Shown: positions 1-14,898, counted from the stretch's first letter. The stretch: DNA of 64,000 nucleotides from Octopus vulgaris (GCA_951406725.2 OX597818.1:102486001-102550000), one strand, 5' to 3'. Notes: generated by a model not told the origin, from the sequence alone. Made by a program: numbers and translations.

Positions 1-77
1 GATATATTCTGTTCGTAGTTATTTGTTTTTGTAAAGAAAGACATCCGAGAATATTTACACATGTTGATATGTATGTA

Positions 78-79
78 TT

Positions 80-112
<33 letters not shown>

Positions 113-123
113 ATATATATATG

Positions 124-174
<51 letters not shown>

Positions 175-182
175 CATATTAT
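78..182. repeat. (TA)n/(TG)n compound microsatellite, representative of dozens in the window
   Basis: Direct dinucleotide runs; source of the IY/TH ORF artefacts. Confidence 0.95.
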
Positions 183-441
183 ACACGAACACATATATGC
201 GTGTTTTTGTATGTGTGCGCATGTGTCTGTATGTTTGTAAAAACAAATAAAGGAAAAAACCTTCAAACAATGTTATTTTTTACCTTTTACATGGACTTCG
301 ATATATGTGCAGGTGAATGGAAACATGCGTAATTGAAAGGAACATTCACATATATATACTTGCACACCTGTATATGTAAGCACTCAAACACACACAAACA
401 CACTCACACACACACATCCACACACACATATATATATATAT

Positions 442-475
<34 letters not shown>

Positions 476-1477
476 CATGTATGTATATACACATAATTGT
501 GTATGCGTGTGCGTATATTTTCTATTGTATTCCAATTTCTCTATCTCATTGTATTTTTAACAATCGGATTTCTGCAGCCCTATTGGCAAATCCGAAAAAT
601 ATTTTCTTTTTATGTTTTAATTTTTTATTGGGTAATGTTTTAATATTTTGTCCTCTAATTCATGTCTTTTTGTCACGTTATTTTTATTGGTAATATGACA
701 ACGCAAGGATGAAAAGAATCTGAACAGTATTGTTAGAAAGGCTGTATTGACTTGCAGTAACACTTTTACAAAGAAAAGATTTTAGGAATATGCGTTTATT
801 ATGTTCTCTTATATGATTCTCTGGGGGATATTAGAAATATATTTTCCTTATGGATGACATAGCTCGAAAGGGCATATTTCCCATATAGTCGGCAAACCTC
901 GCCTTTCTGAATAGGAAAGGAACGCATTGATATAAGCAGAAAGCTAGGAATCATTACACAAATACCTTTAATGATAGTAAAAATTAACGATACTTTGCTG
1001 GGTGGAGAAACCAGTAATGACAAATCCCACTTGATCTATAATGACAGTGTGAACAATATTGATTTTTAATAATAATTTGGTCAGATTTCACAAAACAGTT
1101 GACAATAGGATATCAGTGACAGAAGTAATACCTGCTCGAAATTTTTAACAATGGACACGGCTATTATGAGAAAACGGTTTGCAGCAAAGAATTATTTTTA
1201 CATGTTTCATTAGATAAAAAAATTAACCTGAATGCTGAAGAATATAGAAGCATTGCCTCAGGTGTGTTGAGAATCTAATAACACTTAAAAACCGAAGAAA
1301 ATGAATACAATTTAGTAACATCTACAGCCATTTTATAAATGATAACTCAGCCAGAGAAGGTTCAATGAAACTTACACTAGGTTTAAAATAAGGAAGACAT
1401 CAATCTAGTATCCAAACAGAGTTATAATAATCACAAAGGTTATTTAGTTGTATAAGTATGAATGCATAGTTTCAAAG

Positions 1478-1527
<50 letters not shown>

Positions 1528-4243
1528 GCACAGCATAATCGATAAAATGAAAATATAGAAGTTTATAGCGTAATATTGTCCTGATCATAGGTCCACAAAT
1601 AGATTTGGAAGAGTGCATAATACACGACTTCTCTTCTGGCATAAATGGTATGTATTATAAATTACGATAAATGTTATAGCAGAGTCTTTGGTGAGGAAGA
1701 TGAGCGATTTGGAGGTGATGATGATGAGGCGGAGAATAATAAGAAGGATGAAGGTGATGATGACGAAGGAGTTGAGGAATGATATTCTGCAATTGATGGC
1801 TGTACTGGTACTATCGAGTATATTCTTGATTCAGTGTGATGTCTTCATTTAAGCCGTATTTATATGCGTTTTAAATGACTTTGATGTGGAGCTCTGAATG
1901 AGATTGTTTAGTAATGAAAGATATCCATTGACATTCATCCTCTCTTACAAGTCTCTTAAGTGGATTTTTCTGTCACATTTGATGTTGCATTTGTAGGAAA
2001 TGCAACGGATTCTTAAAGAGGAAGAGATGTTGATTTTAAAGTTTAATGCACAATGAGGCAACTCACACTTAAAATATGTACATTCTGTTTGTACTTTTCT
2101 GCAAGTGGCAAACAGAATACTACATCGTTAGATTCATCATTCAAAATTTAAAAAACAGTGTATGTTTTTGACCTGAAAAAAAAAAGCCACGATAAATGTG
2201 CATTTCGAACGGTAATTTTCAATATATTTGTTATCGATAAAAGTGACATTAAAGTTTTATCTTTAAAACATATCGATTTTAAAATTCATTGTATTATAAT
2301 TTACAATCTTATACGCCAACCTAAATACTCACAGGAAGACACCCATGCCCACAGGATACATGACACTGAATGGGATTCACGACTTTTTATATTTGATATC
2401 ACTGCAATAGTTTCAACACCTTTAGTATGCAGGTGAGATGTTGTGCAATCATCTCCTTAATTCCTCTGTGTAAAATGCGTCTCCACGGGTGATTGTTAAA
2501 ATGAGCTATTCGTCAGATTTTCTCGCTATTTCGCTTAATGTGATAATGTATACCCAGCTTAATGTGTCGTTGCCAAAACATTAGAGGCAAAACTAAAACG
2601 ATAGATGCGATGTCTGACACAATTATAATGAAAATACAAAATCCATAAATAAAAAAAAATGCAAAAACCAAAAGGGCTAGGTTGACATAAATTACACAGT
2701 GTAAGAATATTTTTATTCTATTTTGTTTTTTCGTCAGTAAGTATAATTTCCTACTTGATTCTATCTAGAAACCAAAGGAAATTACTATTATTCCCTTCAT
2801 TTTTTTTTTTTTTACTTGGACATCGGTGTTTTGAATCTATCATTTTCCTTCAAATTTTAGAAAGATTCAGGACAGAGTTGCTGAAGCAGAATTTTCTAGA
2901 ACTTTCTACAAGTTTCCAGAAGTTCAATTTATAACTGCATTCGTCACAGATGCTACCAAGATGTTGCAAGTATCTAGCAGACCCATTTTGCTGTCTGTGG
3001 CAAATTTATGAAGAGAAGAGCGAAAATGTACTCTCTGCTAAAATTTATGAGGCCTAGAAGGCCTATTTCGACGTGCTTACGAGGATCAAAATGAACGCTT
3101 GCCACTTCAATTCAACCGCGAACCCTTCAGAAGAAGTCCAGAACGTAAGATGGAAAATTTTGCTTGCTTGGATAGTGGAATATTTAAGTGTAAAAGTGTG
3201 GGAATATATAAATAGTTTTACTGCACTTTTTAAAACCGGTGTTATTGAAACATATTTAGTATGTATTTTTCAAAAACACTGGATGAAATAGATTTCTATT
3301 TTTATCATCATATTTTCGTTTAGAACTTTTGATGGCTTGTACAGGGAAGAAATTAAGGCAGGGAATTCGCAATCCCACGAAATAGAAGGTAGCTATCTGA
3401 CTACATAAACAACAACATCCTGTACATGGTAGCCCTTCCAAACGTTGAACTGTCAAGTCGGGCAACAAAAATGTTCTTACCTATCTTGGATGATACTTGA
3501 AATGCGAATGTTGGGTTCACTCAAAAAACATTGCATTTGTAATACTTTTTCTTCGGTATATAACAACTATTTTAATCTGTGGTAAAGAATTATAGGTATA
3601 CTTATAATTAGTAATCAGATTAGCTACATTTTCCCATTTAGTTTCATATATTGCGCCATTTTATCTACTTCTTCGGTTGAAGCGATAACGTTTATGATTT
3701 CTTCTACCAAATGATTTAGTATGATTTAGTGTTATTATTGTGGCTATGTACATTAAAAAGACTATCAGTAGATACATATTTTATTTTCTGAGTAGAATCT
3801 GCTCTAGTAAATGCTACATCCTAATAAAACGCATACGAGTCAAATATCATTTGCTGGATGTTTACATATTCGATTGGTTATATTGTTTACAAGCCCTTTT
3901 AATATAGAAGGTGGATGATTAGACCACTTATATATATACCTTATGTTTTCGATCAGTTGATAGGAAGAAGGGGGAGTTGAGGGGGAGAAAGAAGAAGAGA
4001 CGAGAGTGTAAGGAGTAAAAGGGTAAGGAGCTAAAAGTGAGTAGTGGTGGTATGATAGAGCTGCATTAAGGGATGGGTATAGAAACGTTAGAGAGAAGTT
4101 AATGGTGGGGTGTTATATAAGTGGGTATTTAGTTTTGGTATTAAACATTGAGATGGAATGAAGAATATAAGGAAGTCAAGTTGCTATAAATAAACGTGTG
4201 TGATAGGTTAGTGATAAAGAGGAGAAAGAAAGAACGAATATTT

Positions 4244-4474
4244 GTGACCGGCTATCAGATGTTACTACACACCGCTGGTCACAATGCGCTTCGCATTGTT
4301 TTAGCCTTCAAATGACGCCACCCCGCTGGCTAAGTGACCAGGCCAACAGAAGAAAGAGTGAGATAAAGTTGTGGCGAAAAAGTACAGCAGGGATTCCCAA
4401 CAACCCCTGCCGGAGCCTCATGGAGCTTTAGGTGTTTTTGCTCAATAAACACTCACAACGCCCGGTCTGGGAAA
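4244..4474 (-). mobile_element. tRNA-derived SINE family 3, 5'-truncated
   Basis: Near-identical to 8608-8880 (gccttcaaatgacgcca...ttcgctcaataaac...cgcccggtctg); ends in a TA tract. Confidence 0.85.
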
Positions 4475-4951
4475 TATATATATATATATATAAATACATA
4501 TATAACCACATACCCATATATACATGTATCCGTTTGTATGTTAGTGGTTTTAGAGTCAAGTTTTTGCTGCTATTTCCACTATTGCGATGTTGATAAATTT
4601 AGAGTTACATCTAAATAGTAAGAAGTCTTGTGAGAATTGCCGAACGTGATAGACTGGTCTAGGTAAGAGATGAATTTGTGTACTCAACTTGTAGTTTTTT
4701 GTGAGGAGAATTTATTTATGCTTTTGGTAACTAGCAAGGTGCCATCTCTGTATAACCCCCCTTGATGTTAGGGGACTGTATATGGAGTTGGTGGTCAAAC
4801 AAGTTTGGGTACCTGGGCAGAATCATATGATCCCCAATTAATGTCAAATAAGTTGGTATGGTTATTGTTATGGTAACTGGCTCGGCACTATATATGTATG
4901 TATATATGTGTGTGTATGTGTGCGTGCATGTGTGCGTGTGTCTGTGTATAA

Positions 4952-5007
<56 letters not shown>

Positions 5008-5370
5008 GCGTAAATATAGATGCGTACACTTGTGTGTTTGTGTCTCTGTATGCCTGTCTGTGTCTGTGTTTATCTAGGTTTCTATATACCTAACTACTGA
5101 CTTTGCAACGACTCGCTAGTAACGTTGCGGTCAGTCATATTACTGCATATGGGATGCCAGTAGGAACTTCAGATGTAAACATCCAAATGAGGTGTATAAC
5201 ACAGGCTATTCATCAGACAAACGATATCTTGATTAAAAGGAAGTTTGCATTGCCGCATGGAGGTACATGATATCACATGGAAGATTCAATCAGATATTTA
5301 ACACTTCCGTTGTTCCGCTCGCTAAAAAACATATATTGCCCAGATCTTATCGAATCCATTCCTTTATACT

Positions 5371-5408
<38 letters not shown>

Positions 5409-5926
5409 CACACAATATGGGAAGTGTAGTATATGCGAACGAGTGCATAATTTTGTGAATATATATTGCACTGTAAATATAAACTCCATGTATATGTGTC
5501 TCTCTCATCTTACATCGAAGTAAATAACGGTGCGCCTGTACACACAGGCGCTTGAGGCATTAAAGCATACCAAGATCCTATATAAACATCATTTAGTTCT
5601 TGGTGAATTCTAATGCACCAAGAACGTACAATTTATTTTCACACAAGACTTTGTAGTAATTCACTGGGTTTCCTGCTGCGAGTGGAGAATATTGCACCTG
5701 TAAACATAGCAGTAAATCAATATTCCAGCACTTAAATATCTTTGTGCGAGATATGCAAGCTTTATAACTCTGAAGATGTGATTAATACCTACGAAAGATG
5801 TGATTAATAGCTATGAAAGCAAGAAGAATATTATGACATCTATAGAACATACAGACATCCAACTAACTAACCAACCAACCAACCAAACACACACACACAC
5901 ACGTACACACACGTACATACACACGT

Positions 5927-5963
<37 letters not shown>

Positions 5964-5967
5964 CGTG

Positions 5968-6042
<75 letters not shown>

Positions 6043-6159
6043 GAGATCTTGCTTATGTATGTGCAATCGTATTGACAGTTGACACTCCTCCGCATACAGA
6101 GCATATACATGCAGCTGCTCGCTCTCACATATCCAAACACCGAAACTCATTTACATTCC

Positions 6160-6213
<54 letters not shown>

Positions 6214-6505
6214 AGAATTAATCAAAGGACATGTTAAAGATGTCTACCTGCTGGAAATAACAGTCAAGACTGTTAAATCCCCCAAAATACACTGATAATA
6301 GCTACAGAAATCAACAATCCAAAGGCAAACGTACTAAGACGATCTCCCAACATACATTCAAGTATTTGGCTTTGCGTGGACTGGTTTCTGCACTGGCAAA
6401 CATCCTCAGGTTCTTCGGCAATTGTTATCATGTTGAAGTCTGCGTTGCAACTGATTCTTTTTGGCCGAAATTATAGTAGCCACTAGTGTGAAATTAACTT
6501 CAATA

Positions 6506-6718
6506 AGGTGCAAATTATTCACGTGAAAAAAAAAGATTCACGAAAAATAAAATTTCGAAGATACTATTGCGTTAGTATTTAATGTAGCAACCACCTAAAT
6601 TATTGATTCTGTTATTATCATTATTAAAATGTTACACTAGATAATAATAGAGCCAATAGTATTTTCCCAAATTATTTCTTCGTGAATGATATTTTTTTCT
6701 CGTGAATTTTTTGCACTG
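6506..6718. mobile_element. Decayed MITE, Tc1/mariner-like ends
   Basis: ~80-bp imperfect terminal inverted repeats (gtgcaaattattcacg... / ...cgtgaattttttgcactg); right end reads CAGTG on the minus strand next to TA. Confidence 0.6.
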
Positions 6719-6725
6719 TAATGAA

Positions 6726-7212
<487 letters not shown>

Positions 7213-8607
7213 TCAATATATATGAATATTCAGATGAATATGGTACTTAAGTTGAGGTACCAGAATTTAGTACTCTATTATCCATAAATTTTTAGAGTAA
7301 GGTGACTAAAATCAAAATTGAGCAACAACAATTTCTTTTCCTCTTTCTATTGTGGTAAAAGTTTGGTATATACTCAAAAGTATTCATGAATTTCTATACT
7401 TTTGTTATGATATTCTTCTTAATAATCCTTTGAAAAGCCCTAAACTTTAACTGTATACAAAATAGCAACACTGTTTAAAATATTTAAGTATAGTATACCA
7501 ACTATGATGCCTGTCTCCTCTCTCAGCCCTACCCCTAACAGATACTGCCCTTTGTTCTCTTAGGACTAGATATACAACTATTATATAGATATAAACTAGT
7601 CTATAACTTATAACTTACCCTATAAAAACAAAAAAATCAGTGACAGGTAGTGTCTGTACCAACGTATATCTTGGAAAAATTCACTAACTTCTAGACTGGA
7701 GTGAGACAGCATGTTTTTTGTGTATTTCAGTAACTTCTAGGAGATTTTACGTATAATTATACTAATGTGTCCATCTGTTCTAATTTAATTAAATTCTATC
7801 TTTGTGCAGTTGAAGATTGCTCTGCATTTTAAATTGATGTAATGAATGTATTGTTCAATTAAATGGAGTCGCATGAAACGATCACGCTGTATTACCTCTG
7901 GATATCCTTGTTGCTTATTTAGATATATATATAGAGAGAGAGAGAGATAAATTGAAATGCATATGGATATCCGTGTTTCTGTGTATTTGTGCGTATAGTG
8001 GCACATTTCAGTTCATAATACCTTATAGCTATATCTTAAAAATGATTGGAAGCTGCGTTTATTATTGAATTTAAATAAACTCTCCTCACAAAGTAGCCTC
8101 TATTTTGTTGTATGATTACTGACATTACTGGAAAAAGCTGCGAACACATTATGAACACAATGGATTTCATAGAACATATTAAACATTGTGAATATTATCA
8201 AGAGATACACTATTTTGATAAAGAGTGTATTGGTAATATTGATAATGTAGTCCTAAATATAATCTGAATGAACGTACGCAGCAACAGGATTGACGTATTT
8301 TTACTCCGAAAATAATTATACATCAATGTTCAGCAATAAATTTGGCAATAGCTTGCTATTCTTTTTAATTCTGAATTGTGTGATAAATTTGATTATGATC
8401 AAAGGATTTGTGGTGGAAACACTATTTTAAGATTTGAACATGTCTAAGAAAATAATTTCATAATTTATTCCTAACCGTCTAGAGGTGTACGTAATGTCAG
8501 TTAGAAGTAAATGGCTTGATTGTTTACAGTTTTCTTTCATGAGAAGGTCAACCCATAAGTTCGAAGTATATTATTGGCCTCCTCGATACATAATTTCCAA
8601 ACTTTCC

Positions 8608-8880
8608 AGCTACACATCGCTGGTCACAATGCTCTTCGCATTGTTTTAGCCTTCAAATGACGCCACTCCGCTGGCTAAGCGAGCAGGCCAACAGATGAAA
8701 GAGTGAGAGGAAGTTGCCGCGAAAGAGTACAGCAGTGATCGCCATCATCCCCTGCCGGAGAATCGTGGAGCTTTCGGTGTTTTCGCTCAATAAACATTCA
8801 CAACGCCCGGTCTGAGAATCAAAACCGCGATCCTACGACCGCGAGTTCGCTGCTCTAACCACTGGGCCATTGCGCCTCCA
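8608..8880 (-). mobile_element. tRNA-derived SINE family 3, with intact head
   Basis: Minus strand begins tggaggcgcaatggcccagtggttag (A box) with a ggtttTgattc B-box-like motif; homologous copies at 4244, 27500, 48860. Confidence 0.88.
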
Positions 8881-9379
8881 CGTATGAGTATTTAGTTATA
8901 ATGTATGAGTATCATAACGAGTGGATTCACATATAATAGACGTAAAACGTATTTGCTATTACTATTTTTAACTTATCGATATAAACAGCCAGAGCCGTTG
9001 GATTTTTAGATCTTTATTCATTTTACAAACGAGTTAAAATGCACCCTATACCTGACTCTGAAGTCAACAGTACTCTTTATGTATACTTCTCTGGTATCCT
9101 TTATGGTATTTATTTCGCATTTATATACGATGTCTCAGGTAGACACTGGCCGTTCAAAGCTCAGGTGTTTCGGGATCGACAGTTGCATCATTTTTTCCCG
9201 GTATACTAGCGTTATTATCAACGTTATTTCCCGATTTAAATCTATTGTTCGCTTCTATAATCGACCCCCAAATTTGGAGTCATATAATAGGATAATTTCA
9301 AAGATGATCTACTGAATAAAGAGTGAAACTTTGTGTCCTAAGGAGAAGTACCTATCAATTAACCTAAAAACATATTAGG

Positions 9380-9664
9380 AAGATTCTAAATTTGAAGGGA
9401 AAATTCAAGGGTAAAGCAGATTATATCCCGTTTTCGAGATGTTTTATTACTAGGATCTTTGCTAAAGTTTGATTTCCCTCCAATCCTATAATTCAAGTGA
9501 TTGCTATTTCTATTATATCTATATTTGAGTCTTAATTCAGGAGGGTAGGTATCATCAGGGACATCTATATTTAGATCGCCTAGATTTAAGGCGCTATGAT
9601 TCAACTTTATTTCAAATGGGGTATTTGCAATGTAAAAGATTATTTTTTTGAAGCCACTATTCAT
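9380..9664 (-). pseudogene. Decayed Penelope-like retroelement RT fragment
   Basis: Translation DTYPPELRLK...KRDIICF resembles the PLE RT motif YPPEL...YDKRDDF (recalled; weak match). Confidence 0.35.
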
Positions 9665-9953
9665 TAGAATTAGATTATAGGCATGTGTATGGTTGCTAAA
9701 GATCTGCTCGGTGCTGATAGGTAAGATATTGTAATTGATATTGATGGCACATTTTATTATCTTTTCGAAATGGGTGAAATATACCGTTATATGAATTTAG
9801 AGTATATAATACACACACTGACACACACACACACACACACATATATATATGTATATATATTCATATATATATGTGATATATACACACCACCCACATGTAT
9901 ACAATGTAGGCAATCATCGAATTTTTTGTTTGTCTTGTTGTCGAGAGAGGCTC

Positions 9954-10046
9954 CCTTTCTTTCCTGATGAGAAGATTACATAATGCACTCTTTATTCCTT
10001 TGGAATGAAAACATGCTGTCTTCGAAACATATGTCGAGAGTAAAGG
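9954..10046 (+). ncRNA. Type I hammerhead ribozyme with enlarged stem II
   Basis: ctttc-CTGATGA-gaaga...tcttc-GAAA-catatg-TC-gagag; stem I ctttc/gagag extended by ccttt/aaagg; palindromic stem III; GUC triplet. Confidence 0.8.
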
Positions 10047-11439
10047 AATTTTGTTAACATCTTCGTTCGACTCCATTCTTTCATTTATTCATATACAATA
10101 CACACATTTCTGCACATGAACCCGGAGTTTCTACCCTTGACAGGTCGCTTCAACCGTGTTTCTGGCGTGAATTTGCTACCCAGGTTTCGGTTAAACAAAT
10201 TTTCCATGCTGACGATAAACATAGGATAATTCATTCACCTACTTATATATATATATATATATATATATAAATATATATATATAAAGAAAAACGATGCTTA
10301 ATGATAACAGACGTCATTATCTTGATTTAAATGAAAATCAACGTGACTTATTTCTAATGATGTCACAAGTAATTCCAAGAGGTGGACCTAGAGCTCACAT
10401 TGCTATTGCTGCTCAAGATATGACTTAACTTTATGAGCATTACAAAATTGATTTTAAAGTTAAAACACCATAAGACAAAACGTAAAATCCAGGCCATATT
10501 TTAACTTTATCCAAACGTATGTAGGTACAAAAATGGAAAGCCGTTAACTGCAGAATAAAACTGGGTATATAAATCTCTGTTCTCCATAATTATTACTTAA
10601 TTAATTTATACTTTATTATACATGTGTGCGTGTGTGTGCACGCGCGTGCGCAAACTCATACGCGTGTGCGACTACATAAAGAGACTGAGAAACCTAGACA
10701 GAGAAAAATTGAGATTTGAACGGCATTTTCAGGTTTATTCTTTAGTTTAATACCTTATTAATGTTTGAAATCTGTCGTTGAGTGAAACCTAAGATGCACG
10801 ATCAGCATTAAAAATTTATAAATCTCTGCTGCCAGGTCAATATGATATCCCTCAGAGAGCGGAAGGGACGACTATTCTTATTGCATCCTTTCATTAGCGA
10901 CAATATATTTAACATTAACCACCTCAAACTACTTCACTGTTATTAATTGCCATACACATACGATAACATTTCTGCACAGCTGGAGAATGTTCTAAGCGTG
11001 TTTATAACAGGCATAATTAATTTGCGTATAAAATATGCTCAAAATTGGATATATACAAAGGCTCTCTCTAAAACAGGTTCTTTTAATTAGCGAAAATCAG
11101 CTAATTTCAAGAATCAGTATTAGTGGTTGAAGAAGTTAAGTTACTTGACCCTATCACTTGTTTAATAGACCTATGAATAAATAAAGCAAGAAGCTCCTTC
11201 AGTGTAACAAAATGAACATTATGACTGTACAATATACTCTATAAGTCATACAGCTTTCTGCTTCCCAGCGTCTTAATAAAGCTAGAAGTAGAATAACCAT
11301 AATGGGAAGGATTCTTCTTTGACTGTTTAACTTGTTCTCGTATCATAATGTATTCTTTCTAACGTTGCTCTGTATTCAGTGATATGCGCGGTTACACTTG
11401 CATAAAACTTTTATTGGGTCGGTTTTCCTTTCGATAAAG

Positions 11440-11560
11440 CCACCAAAAATCTTCTTCCTCTGTCTCTCCTAGATTGTTCCTGTTGTCACATTCCCTATTG
11501 TTACCATATATTCAAGGATATTTCTTCTTATATGAAGACCTGGGAACCAGACACGGTTAT
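11440..11560 (-). pseudogene. RTE-like LINE C-terminal fragment
   Basis: Translates to HIRRNILEYMVTIGNV...ERQRKKIFG, similar to the RTE motif GHVMRR..LEHLVTTGK.EG.R.RGR.R.K. Confidence 0.4.
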
Positions 11561-12715
11561 TGCGCTGTAGTATGGGATTATATGAACTTTTGGTAATTAT
11601 CAAATTACACAGTCACCAAAAAGCATTGCTTCTCTCTGACCAGATTAAAATGGACGGTTTTTACTTAAAGCAAACCGTACCTTCTTGAAATGCATCACAT
11701 TGAACCAGAGATGAGGACTATGCGATGATCTGTCATAAATACATCTTCCTTGTCAAGTGTTTTGTAAGCAATATACTAGATATATAAATTATGGATACCT
11801 GGTGGCTAACAGAATAAAGTATATAAAATAGAATAAAACCGAAAGCCGTTTTTGTATATTTCCGACGAACAATTCTAGACTATCCACCTTTATGTAAGAC
11901 AATCAACTCTCGAGGACGATCGCCTACGTGAAAAACATCACAGCCTTCGCTGTGTATACTGTCTTTAATTCAGTAAATTAACTCGTTTGAGAGTTAACGT
12001 AGAACGTAAAGTTGAATGCAATTCGATCGTTTACTTTGAAATTCTTTCTTTTCCTTACGGGCATTGTTCAGGAATATTCTGTGGTATCCTAACAACATAC
12101 ATCGTTCAATTGTTGTCACATACAAGAATTAGAACAAAGAAAGCACAAATTGATTAACAGTCAAGGAAATCGGTTATGAAGTTACAAGCTGTAGAATATC
12201 CTAGCGTAGAAGTTGAATACGAAAAGCATGGAATTTTAAAACTGATTGAGTGGACATAATTTGTTAAGTACAGGTTTCTGACATAATCTGTTAAGTACTT
12301 TGCTTTGCAAGTAAAGTTTAAGAGAGTTAATTTGACAGACAACGTTCGCAAGTTTGTTCGCTAATTTTGAATAACCTTTTCACGGTAGGGTATTTTATCG
12401 TTTTCATGCTGAGAGATGATTTGAAAACTTTTATGGATATCGGACCACATCATTGAAATTTAATGCATACCCACATACAAATAAACTTCAGATAGACCCA
12501 TTCATTAAGATTAAATGTATACTCATAGATAAATATACTTCAAATGAACCCACTCTGGCTCCATACACAAATATGATACGTGCATATATACATATCTAAA
12601 TAGATATACCTATACATTAATTCACCTGCACACACTCTCGTAGATAAGTATTTAAATTTATATTCATATTTCTACCTCTACCTATCTAGTCCCCTTCTGT
12701 TTCTCAGGGTATACA

Positions 12716-12797
<82 letters not shown>

Positions 12798-12851
12798 TGT
12801 ATGTACGTATGTATGTATGTATGTATGTATGTATGCATGTATGTATGTATA

Positions 12852-13742
12852 TAATCCTGAAAGATTGCGTTTCTCTCCGGAAACAGTTCTGCAACTATAT
12901 GATGAAATTAATCAGATAAAATGCTTTAAAATCCTTGACTATTAACTCTGAAATAAAGGGGGATCACTGGGCCGGCGGATTTCCAAGATGCATCACAGAT
13001 GCTCTTCCATTATTAACAGTTGGGATAAGGCAGTCTGGGTTAAATGCTTCTTTTGGCTATCTCCACACGTACACTCGGCTGGTGGACGAAAATAAGGTAA
13101 ATGATGACTCGTCCGAGAATATAACATTCTTCCACTGCTCTAAGGAACCAATTCTGTTGGATTTTACTTCACACTAAACGCTTTGCAGCGTTTGTTCTTG
13201 AAAGTAGTGATTTTCTGATTGCAGCCCTCCCGTGAAATCCGGCTCCCGCTGAACAGATTTTGTGGAAACTAGGTTCTCGAGGTGGCTATTAAGCTCTACA
13301 GTAATTTGGGGAACTGTACTTTTATGATCATTTCAAATAATTCACATAAGAGTCCGACGGACCTTCTCTGAAAGTACTGGTTTTCTTCCGGAGTTTCATT
13401 TCGACGAGTAGGTTTTTCGCTATTTCTCAGTCTGTCATTACTTTCGAGAAAGTACTTCTTGATACAACAAATATTTCGGTTGTTTTCGTTACGCTAGCGC
13501 CTGTCATGCGAGCACCCACAATTTGACCGGTTTGAAAGTTCGATAGATGCAATTTTAATGGATTTTAATTCCCTTTTTCTAATTATATCTGGAAAGAAAC
13601 ACCAATTTTAGCAAAACATATTAAGCAGCACTAATAATAAATCAAATAACATAAAAATAAACAAGCTTTTGACGATCTTATAGATATTTCTAAATGATGA
13701 TGCTATGATGCTAGATGTTTCCATTATTTTGTCCAACCCCTG
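12852..13742 (-). mobile_element. Tc1 DNA transposon remnant (5' TIR plus disrupted transposase)
   Basis: TIR CAGGGGTTGGACAAAATAATGGAAAC at 13742; translation LSNFQTGQIVGARMTGASVTKT...QWKNVIFSDESSFTLF...RVYVWR*PKEAFNPDCLIPTV...AIFQD with stops and frameshifts; truncated at a microsatellite. Confidence 0.9.
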
Positions 13743-13779
13743 GATATATATATGTGTGTGTGTGTGTGTATGTTGTGTT

Positions 13780-13843
<64 letters not shown>

Positions 13844-14003
13844 TAAAAATATATACAAACTGGGACAAGAACGTGAAACACCTAGAAGACGACACAAGAA
13901 CCACAGGACGGGACATTCGAAGCCCTAGTCATCAGTCATCATAATTTCGTCTGATTAATCTTGAACATATATATATATATATGTATGCATATGTATATAC
14001 ATA

Positions 14004-14089
<86 letters not shown>

Positions 14090-14092
<3 letters not shown>

Positions 14093-14560
14093 TAAAACCT
14101 CACTGTACGTGTTTAATTCGTTCCGTGATCAAGCTTGTCTTAAGGTTTACTCATTTTACAAATCAATTTTCCCCATTGAAATTAACAACAAATATTATTA
14201 ATCAGTTCCATCCACCACGAAACACTCCTAAATAATTGTTCATGTGTTTTAAAACAGGAAGGACGTAGTTACAACAACAATGACTATTTTTTAAAAAGAG
14301 AATGAAAAAATAATACGTAAACTGTTTTTATTAACTTAATTACCTTAAACACGAAACGATTTGTGCGGGAGGAAGACGATGACCCGGGGAGAAAGAGGAG
14401 GAAGACGATGACCCGGAGAGACAGAGGAGGAAGACGATGACCCGGGGAGGCAGAGGAGGAATACTCTTTGGGAAGAGATTCTCTTTTCAATTAAGACATC
14501 AGGAAGAACAAATTCTGGCGTCTTCTCTCTCACTTCGCTTAAGGCATTTAGACACATTAT
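14090..14560 (-). mobile_element. Tigger/pogo-like transposon 3' end
   Basis: TA|CAGTAAAACCTC terminus with tttccccattgaaat subterminal motif; minus-strand REKTPEFVLPDVLIE resembles Tigger transposase C-termini; internal 29-bp x3 repeat. Confidence 0.55.
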
Positions 14561-14565
14561 GCCAT

Positions 14566-14898
14566 TTTATTTGTTTCAGTCATTTGACTGCGGCCATGCT
14601 GGAGCACTGCCTTTAGTCGAGCAGTTCGACCTAAGACTTATTCTTTGTAAGCCTAGTAATTATTCTATCGGGTAATTTTTGCGGAACCGCTAAGTTACAG
14701 GGACGTAAAAACACCAGCATCGGTTGTCAAGCTATGGTCGGGGGACAAATACAGACACACAAACACATACGCATACACATACATATATACGACAGGCTTC
14801 TTTCAGTTTCCGTCTACGAGATCCACTCACAAGGCATTGGTCGGCCCGAGGTGCCACGCAGTGGGAATGAACGCGGAACCATGTGGTTGTTAAGCAAC
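14566..14898 (-). mobile_element. SINE family 1, partly deleted
   Basis: Homologous to 22109-22525 (gactgcggccatgctggagcac; gacaggcttctttcagtttccgtctac). Confidence 0.88.

Noticed and set aside
700-1330. Possible piggyBac-like remnant
   Set aside because: Only a vague FPYSGKP-like motif needing a frameshift; cannot be supported
1690-1785. Acidic reading frame (GEEDERFGGDDDE...)
   Set aside because: Looks like a degenerate (GAT/GAG)n repeat; no convincing splice context
2870-3250. Solo-LTR-like segment
   Set aside because: No TG...CA ends, TSD or PBS identified
5769-5825. CTGAAGA...GAAA motif
   Set aside because: Local duplication (aagatgtgattaata) and no stems I or III
8800-8880. tRNA-like sequences here and at other SINE heads
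   Set aside because: SINE heads, not complete cloverleaf tRNA genes
13900-13940. Minus-strand CTGATGA in a TA-flanked insert
   Set aside because: Followed by GAAT rather than GAAA, and stems do not form
14371-14457. CRISPR-like repeat
   Set aside because: No spacers; eukaryotic context
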